The notes under the pieces: generated by a model
Told to the model about the DNA's origin: nothing
Database searches by the model: none
What the model saw: only the letters and a program-made list of their open reading frames with translations
Source: Candidatus Arthromitus sp. SFB-rat-Yit
Lineage (GTDB): Bacteria; Bacillota; Clostridia; Clostridiales; Clostridiaceae
Assembly: GCF_000283555.1 (NCBI RefSeq)
Contig: NC_016012.1
Coordinates: forward strand, 603,517-635,516
Direction of reading: 5' to 3'
Length of the DNA: 32,000 nt
Program-made: the position numbers and the translations under genes
Part shown: positions 26,754 through 32,000 of the stretch, one piece after another
Position numbering within the stretch: the stretch's first letter is position 1
Layout of the letters: the number at the start of each line of letters is the position of its first letter

Positions 26754-27571
26754 ATATCTACGATAAGATATTTAGACCAAGGGTTATAGAACTTGGAAAT
26801 GGCAAACAAGTTGTAGAAAAAAGATCTATGGTACCACTTTTAATTTTAATTTTTATTATTGCAGTTATAGTATCTATGGGAATTACTGGATTTAATTTCA
26901 ATACATTAATTAGGCGTGGTGGAAATTTCTTTGATATTATAAAACAAATGTTCCCGCCAAATTTTGAGTACATAAATAAAATATGGAAACCACTTTTTGA
27001 TACGATAAAAATGTCTTTTTTGGGATCTATTATAGGTGCTTTGGCTGTCGTACCCTTTTCTGTAGTGGCGTCAAGCAACATAATAAAAAATAAATTCATT
27101 GTATCTATAATGAGATTTTTACTGAGCATAATAAGAACGCTTCCAACATTAGTTATAGCACTTATTGCAACATATATTTTTGGTCTTGGGACTTTTGCGG
27201 GTACTGTTGCTATTGCTATATTTACTTTTGGATATGTTGGAAAGAAACTTTATGAGCAAATAGAAACTGTTGATATGGGAGCTTATGAGGCAATTCAGGC
27301 ATTAGGAGCAAGTAAGGTACGAGCATTTTCAAGTGCTATTGTCCCGCAGGTTTTGCCTACGTATATTGCTACAAGTTTATTTTGTTTTGAAGGTAATGTT
27401 AGGCATGCGGCTATATTAGGTTATGTCGGTGCTGGAGGAATTGGTTTAATTTTAAATGAGAACTTGGGCTGGAGAGAGTATTCAAGTGTTGGAATGATAC
27501 TTATATCTTTATTTGTAGCTGTAGTTTTAATTGAATTGCTAAGTCATTATCTTAGGAAGAAATTAACTTAG
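26750..27571 (+). CDS. phnE: Phosphonate-type ABC transporter permease
   Basis: PhnE-type permease with the motifs EAIQALGAS...VLPQVLP and GYVGAGGIG. The GTG start overlaps the phnC stop (GTGA), with SD GGTGGAGGTGG upstream. Confidence 0.85.
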   Translation: MNIYDKIFRPRVIELGNGKQVVEKRSMVPLLILIFIIAVIVSMGITGFNFNTLIRRGGNFFDIIKQMFPPNFEYINKIWKPLFDTIKMSFLGSIIGALAVVPFSVVASSNIIKNKFIVSIMRFLLSIIRTLPTLVIALIATYIFGLGTFAGTVAIAIFTFGYVGKKLYEQIETVDMGAYEAIQALGASKVRAFSSAIVPQVLPTYIATSLFCFEGNVRHAAILGYVGAGGIGLILNENLGWREYSSVGMILISLFVAVVLIELLSHYLRKKLT

Positions 27572-27585
27572 GAGGAGTAATATCT

Positions 27586-28392
27586 ATGAGTGAAATAGTT
27601 TTAAGACAGTACGAGAAAGAACCACGTAAATTTTTATGGAAAATAATTACGGCTTTGGTTTGTGTCTTTTTTATTGTCTTGTCAAGCAGTACTATAAATT
27701 TAGATGGTATATCAAAAAATGGTATTCAAATAGCTAAGAATATTTTTCTTGGGATATTTAATCCGGATACCGAATTACTATTTAATTTTGTTGATGGAGT
27801 ACCTTACCTTTTGCTTGAAACAATGTGTATTGCCTTTCTTGGTACACTTGTTGGTGCAATTCTTGCTATACCAATTTCATTTATGTCAGCAACAAATATT
27901 GTTCCTAAGCCAATAAGTGTTATCGGAAGATTTATAATAATGTCAATTCGTACAGTTCCATCAATTGTTTATGCTTTGATGTTCATAAGAGTGACGGGTC
28001 CTGGAGCTTTTGCTGGACTTCTTACGATGTCGCTGTCATCTATTGGAATGATATCTAAAATGTATATTGAATCTATAGAAGATTTGGATACGAAGATTTT
28101 GGAATCTTTAGATGCTTGTGGATGTAATTTCTTTCAAAAAATACGTTATGGAATACTTCCTCAGCTTTTTCCAGATTTCATTTCAACAGTTATATATCGA
28201 TTCGATATGAATTTGAGAGATGCAAGTATACTTGGGATAGTAGGAGCGGGAGGAATAGGGGCTCCATTAATATTCTCTATGAATGCTTATAGATGGAGTC
28301 AGGTTGGATCAATTATAATAGGACTTATAGTTCTTGTGCTTATTATAGAATTTATTTCGACTAGAATAAGAGTAAAGCTAGCTAGGGGGTAG
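27586..28392 (+). CDS. phnE: Phosphonate-type ABC transporter permease (second copy)
   Basis: Paralogous to the preceding gene: ESLDACGCN...ILPQLFP, GIVGAGGIG. SD AGGAGGAG upstream. Confidence 0.85.
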   Translation: MSEIVLRQYEKEPRKFLWKIITALVCVFFIVLSSSTINLDGISKNGIQIAKNIFLGIFNPDTELLFNFVDGVPYLLLETMCIAFLGTLVGAILAIPISFMSATNIVPKPISVIGRFIIMSIRTVPSIVYALMFIRVTGPGAFAGLLTMSLSSIGMISKMYIESIEDLDTKILESLDACGCNFFQKIRYGILPQLFPDFISTVIYRFDMNLRDASILGIVGAGGIGAPLIFSMNAYRWSQVGSIIIGLIVLVLIIEFISTRIRVKLARG

Positions 28393-28395
28393 ACA

Positions 28396-29877
28396 ATGAA
28401 TAAAAATTTGAGAATAATTTTTACATCTGATATTCATGGTTATTTTTTTAATACTGATTATATGGATAGAGAAATTAAACCTCAAGGATTGCTACATTTG
28501 GCAACGAGATATAATAAAGATGATGAAACTTTAATTATTGATGGGGGCGATATGCTTCAAGGATCGCCATTTACATATTTTAGCAAATTGAGAAATTCAC
28601 CTGATAGAATTGCACGCATCATGAACAAAGTTGGATATGATTTTGTAACTATAGGAAATCATGATTTTAATTATGGATATGAATATTTTAAAAAATATTT
28701 GGAACATTTAGATGCTGAATGTGTTTGTGAGAATTGTCTTAATGAAGATGGCAATCCTATATATCCGTATAAAATAGTTACAATGAAAAATGGACTCAAG
28801 GTTGGGATTGTAGGATGTGTAACTGAATTTGTAAATCTATGGGAAAATCCAAAGAATTTGGGTGGAGTTTCGATTGGGAATATAATTGAAAATTTAAAGA
28901 GAGCCTATGAACAAATGAAAGACAAGGTTGATATAACTATCTGTGTATATCACGGCGGATTTGAATGCGATATTGATACGAAAAAAATAATTGAAACAAG
29001 TGGAGAAAATGTTGGTTTTAAAATTTGTAATGAATTGAACTTTGATATACTATTGACGGGACATCAACACGTTGGGATTGAGGGAAGATACTTGAATAAC
29101 ACTTACATAGTACAAAATTTATTCAATGCCATGAGCTTTCACGATATAAAAATAACAAGAAATAATGGTGAAAATATTATTAATTCTGAAATGATATTTG
29201 CAAAAGATATACCATTTTCTAACGAGATGTTACCATTTAATGAAGAGAATGAAGAAGTTCAAGACCTTATAGATGATTTTGTTGGTGAATTAGATGAAGA
29301 ACTACTTCCGGATACTCATTTAAATATGGCAATTAATGGAAGTAAACTTGCTGACTTCATAAATAAAATTCAGATAGAATATACAGGGGCTGATATTTCT
29401 TCCACAAGTTTTGCAAATAGAATTTCTGGACTTCCAAAGAAGGTTAGAATAAGGGACATTTTGCTCACGTATCCATTTTCAAATACTTTAGTTGTTCTTG
29501 AAATAAATGGAAAGAATTTAAAGAAAGTTCTTGAGAGAAGTGCTGAATATTTTGATGTAAAAGATGGGGAAGTTATTATCTCTGAAAAATTTTTAAAACC
29601 TAAAATTGAACATTATAATTATGATTACTATATGGGCGTTGATTATAAAATCAATTATGGCGGAGCTATTGGTAATCGAGTTTATGATATCAAAGTAAAA
29701 GGTAAAGAAGTGTCGGACAATGATATTTTTACAATTTGTTTGAACAGTTACAGAGCAAAAGGAACTGGTGGATATTTTACATATAATGATTGTAAAGTTG
29801 TGAAAAAATATGATGAAGAAATGTTTGAAATATTAATGGAATATATCAAAAATTTTCACGAACATAAAAATAAATAA
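28396..29877 (+). CDS. Bifunctional metallophosphoesterase / 5'-nucleotidase-family protein, cytoplasmic (no signal peptide)
   Basis: Calcineurin-like motifs TSDIHG, GGDMLQGSP, GNHDFNYG, YHGGFE, GHQH. The C-terminal half resembles the 5'-nucleotidase substrate-binding domain (YPFSNTLVVLEINGKNLKKVLE). The start is 3 nt after the phnE stop, with AGGGGG as SD inside phnE. Confidence 0.8.
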   Translation: MNKNLRIIFTSDIHGYFFNTDYMDREIKPQGLLHLATRYNKDDETLIIDGGDMLQGSPFTYFSKLRNSPDRIARIMNKVGYDFVTIGNHDFNYGYEYFKKYLEHLDAECVCENCLNEDGNPIYPYKIVTMKNGLKVGIVGCVTEFVNLWENPKNLGGVSIGNIIENLKRAYEQMKDKVDITICVYHGGFECDIDTKKIIETSGENVGFKICNELNFDILLTGHQHVGIEGRYLNNTYIVQNLFNAMSFHDIKITRNNGENIINSEMIFAKDIPFSNEMLPFNEENEEVQDLIDDFVGELDEELLPDTHLNMAINGSKLADFINKIQIEYTGADISSTSFANRISGLPKKVRIRDILLTYPFSNTLVVLEINGKNLKKVLERSAEYFDVKDGEVIISEKFLKPKIEHYNYDYYMGVDYKINYGGAIGNRVYDIKVKGKEVSDNDIFTICLNSYRAKGTGGYFTYNDCKVVKKYDEEMFEILMEYIKNFHEHKNK

Positions 29878-29904
29878 ATTATGATTAAGCTTGATCAATA
29901 TATC

Positions 29905-29933
29905 TTGATAAGTAAGTTTATAAAGTGTAATAT
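29905..29933 (+). promoter_or_regulatory. Possible sigma-A promoter for the aldo/keto reductase gene
   Basis: TTGATA (29905-29910), 17 nt spacer, TAATAT (29928-29933). Confidence 0.35.
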
Positions 29934-29967
29934 ATAATTGTCTAATATCTAAAGGGAGGTATACTAA

Positions 29968-30816
29968 ATGATAAGTTCTTTGGGAGGTAAACGTAAGCTT
30001 AATAATGGAATTGAAATTCCTGCATTCGGTTTGGGTGTTTATAAAGTTCAAGATGATGAATGTGCAGCTCTTGTTAGAGATGCAATTAAAAATGGATATC
30101 GTTTGATTGATACAGCATCATTTTATGATAATGAGATTGGTACAGGTAAAGGTATACATGAAGGAATTAAAGAATCCGGATTACAAAGAAAAGATATTTT
30201 TGTTACAACGAAAGTTTGGAATGATGGACTTTCTTATGAACAAACTATAGATTCTTTTAACAAAAGTATGGATAAGCTACAACTTGATTATTTGGATTTA
30301 TATTTAATACATTGGCCAGGCAATCCATATTCTTTCCAAGAACCGTGGAAGGCTTTGGAGGATTTGTATTCTCAGGGAAAAATTAAGTCTATTGGTGTTT
30401 GTAATTTTAATAAAGAACATTTTGAGGATCTCATGAAATTTGCTAAGGTTAAACCTGTGCTGAATCAGATTGAAATTCATCCAAAGTTAACTCAAGAAGA
30501 TTTGAGAAAATATTGCGAAGAACATGATATTTTAGTTCAGGCATGGTCACCTCTTATGAGAGGTAAAATATTTACTGATGATGTGATTGTGGAACTTTCA
30601 GAGAAGTATAGAAAAACTCCAGCACAAATAATTCTTCGTTGGCATTTACAACAAGATATTCTAGTTATATTTAAGTCATCGAATATGGAGAGGGTTATAA
30701 GTAACGCTGATATTTTTGATTTTGAAATCGCCCCTGAAGATATTCAAAAAATATCTTCATTAAATGAGAATTTAAGGACTGGACCTGACCCAAAAGTTTT
30801 TAATTTCGGTAAATAG
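29968..30816 (+). CDS. Aldo/keto reductase (2,5-diketo-D-gluconate reductase / YvgN-YtbE-like)
   Basis: LNNGIEIPAFGLGVYKV, IDTASFYDNE (Asp/Tyr of the catalytic tetrad), VTTKVWN (Lys), LDYLDLYLIHWP (His), IGVCNF, NQIEIHP, AWSPL. SD AGGGAGG upstream. Confidence 0.9.
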   Translation: MISSLGGKRKLNNGIEIPAFGLGVYKVQDDECAALVRDAIKNGYRLIDTASFYDNEIGTGKGIHEGIKESGLQRKDIFVTTKVWNDGLSYEQTIDSFNKSMDKLQLDYLDLYLIHWPGNPYSFQEPWKALEDLYSQGKIKSIGVCNFNKEHFEDLMKFAKVKPVLNQIEIHPKLTQEDLRKYCEEHDILVQAWSPLMRGKIFTDDVIVELSEKYRKTPAQIILRWHLQQDILVIFKSSNMERVISNADIFDFEIAPEDIQKISSLNENLRTGPDPKVFNFGK

Positions 30817-30847
30817 AGTACGAATAATTTAATGGAAGGATATCCTT

Positions 30848-31942
30848 ATGAAGAGATTGGGAATTTCGATTTATCCTGAAAAAAGTTCGAAAGAAGAAGT
30901 GTTAGAGTATATTGATAAGGCAGCTTATTTTGGATTTTCAAGAATGTTTTCTTGTTTACTTTCAGCGGTAGATGATAAGGAAAAGATAAAGAAAGATTTT
31001 AAGGATATAAATAGCTTTGCAAAGTCTAAAGGTTTTGAAGTTATAGTGGATGTTTCTCCGAGTGTTTTTTCTAAACTTGGGATTACATATAATGATTTGA
31101 GATTTTTTACAGAAATTCAAGCTGATGGTTTTAGATTAGATGAAGGATTTACGGGAAATGAAGAAGCATTAATGACATTTAATGAGCACGATTTGAAAGT
31201 TGAAATCAATGCAAGTATAGATGTTCATACGATAGATATTATTATGGACTATTGCCCAAACAGGTATAATTTGTATGGATGTCATAATTTTTATCCTCAC
31301 GTTTATTCAGGATTAGATTTTGATTATTTCAATAGATGCACAAATCGTTTCAAAAAATATGGATTGAAAACAGCTGCTTTTGTTACGAGCCAAAACCGAA
31401 ATACATTTGGACCATGGCCTGTAACACAAGGATTAGTTACTCTTGAGATGCATAGAGATTTATCATTGATGACGCAAGTTAAACATTATTTATCTATGGA
31501 AAATATTGATGATATTATAATTTCTAACTGTTATCCATCTGATAAAGAGTTAGAGCAATTTAAAGATTTAGATCTTAGATTGGTAACTTTTGGAGTGAAT
31601 TTAGAAGATGGAGTGCCTGAACTTCAATGTAGAGTGATGTTTGAAGAACTGCATATGAACAGAGGAGATGTTAATTCAAATATGATTCGATCTACCCAGA
31701 CTAGAGTTAAATATAAAGGAAATAATTTTGAATTATTTAACGCACCAGAGATAATTAAACGTGGAGATGTTGTAATAGAGAGTAGCAAGTATGGTCATTA
31801 TGCTGGAGAGTTACAAATTGCGAAAAGAGATATGAAAAATACGGGATTTTCAAATGTTGTTGGAAAAGTAACAGAAGAGGAATTATTTATATTAGATTAT
31901 TTAAAACCTTGGCAAAAATTTAAATTAAAAATGAATGAATAA
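30848..31942 (+). CDS. DUF871 / MupG-family protein (6-phospho-N-acetylmuramidase-like)
   Basis: The N-terminus MKRLGISIYPEKSSKEEVLEYIDKAAYFGFSRMFSCLLS and a length of about 360 aa are typical of DUF871. Substrate is not established here. Confidence 0.7.
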   Translation: MKRLGISIYPEKSSKEEVLEYIDKAAYFGFSRMFSCLLSAVDDKEKIKKDFKDINSFAKSKGFEVIVDVSPSVFSKLGITYNDLRFFTEIQADGFRLDEGFTGNEEALMTFNEHDLKVEINASIDVHTIDIIMDYCPNRYNLYGCHNFYPHVYSGLDFDYFNRCTNRFKKYGLKTAAFVTSQNRNTFGPWPVTQGLVTLEMHRDLSLMTQVKHYLSMENIDDIIISNCYPSDKELEQFKDLDLRLVTFGVNLEDGVPELQCRVMFEELHMNRGDVNSNMIRSTQTRVKYKGNNFELFNAPEIIKRGDVVIESSKYGHYAGELQIAKRDMKNTGFSNVVGKVTEEELFILDYLKPWQKFKLKMNE

Positions 31943-31957
31943 AGAGAAATGAGTTAT

Positions 31958-31993
31958 AAAGAGCTTAAGATTTTTAATCTTAGGCTCTTTATA
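31958..31993 (+). terminator. Hairpin terminator after the DUF871 gene
   Basis: AAAGAGCTTAAGAT (31958-31971) pairs with ATCTTAGGCTCTTT (31977-31990): 14 bp including one G-U. The trailing T-run is weak. Confidence 0.5.
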
Positions 31994-32000
31994 GTTTATT

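Noticed and set aside
901-30051. About twenty 60-140 aa ORFs on the strand opposite well-supported genes: 901-1128, 2046-2306, 2626-2901, 3101-3346, 3286-3519, 4713-4982, 7958-8173, 12532-12783, 13008-13196, 14062-14259, 15694-15984, 16167-16502, 16527-16778, 17067-17480, 20219-20494, 21305-21514, 24836-25096, 26758-27129, 29833-30051.
   Set aside because: All are fully or largely embedded antisense to genes with strong motif support. They have low-complexity Ile/Phe/Ser/Leu-rich translations typical of AT-rich antisense frames and lack SD sequences.
1-32000. Searched the whole window for mobile elements, prophage or integrase genes, CRISPR repeats, toxin-antitoxin pairs, restriction-modification or other defence genes, and tRNA/rRNA genes.
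   Set aside because: None were recognisable. Every sizeable ORF has a confident housekeeping or transport assignment, intergenic regions are short, and there are no arrays of spaced direct repeats. I therefore do not claim a novel defence or mobile system here.

Overview
This is a low-GC, densely packed chromosomal segment of the Firmicutes/Clostridia type, with about 35 genes and no large non-coding gaps. Nearly all of it is conserved housekeeping synteny. In order: recG(partial)-rsmD-coaD-coiled-coil protein-HAD phosphatase; ylbJ and ylbM/tmcAL on the minus strand; pta-ackA; yceD-rpmF-plsX-acpP-rnc; spoVS; an Nfo-like TIM-barrel protein (minus); mnmM(ytqB)-like methyltransferase; HI0933-family flavoprotein; one ORF fusing cmk+ispH+S1; RNase H1; guaB; a guanine riboswitch followed by a purine permease and guaA; a lipoprotein (minus); a lone flagellin gene; phnD-phnC-phnE-phnE plus a cytoplasmic 5'-nucleotidase-type metallophosphoesterase; an aldo/keto reductase; and a DUF871/MupG-family gene. 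I found no transposase, integrase, phage gene, CRISPR array, tRNA/rRNA or recognisable defence gene. I do not see convincing evidence for a novel multi-gene system here. The items most worth a second look are: (1) the three-way Cmk-IspH-S1 fusion ORF; (2) an IMP dehydrogenase that lacks the whole CBS/Bateman regulatory module; (3) a promoter-to-terminator unit of about 165 nt with no ORF in the HAD/ylbJ intergenic region, a candidate sRNA; (4) an orphan flagellin with a duplicated GGA-containing leader motif; (5) a PhnCDE-type importer translationally coupled to a signal-peptide-less nucleotidase, with no C-P cleavage genes in view. Several ORF-track starts were moved to downstream start codons that have proper Shine-Dalgarno spacing. 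All calls rest on motif recognition by eye; no database search was possible.
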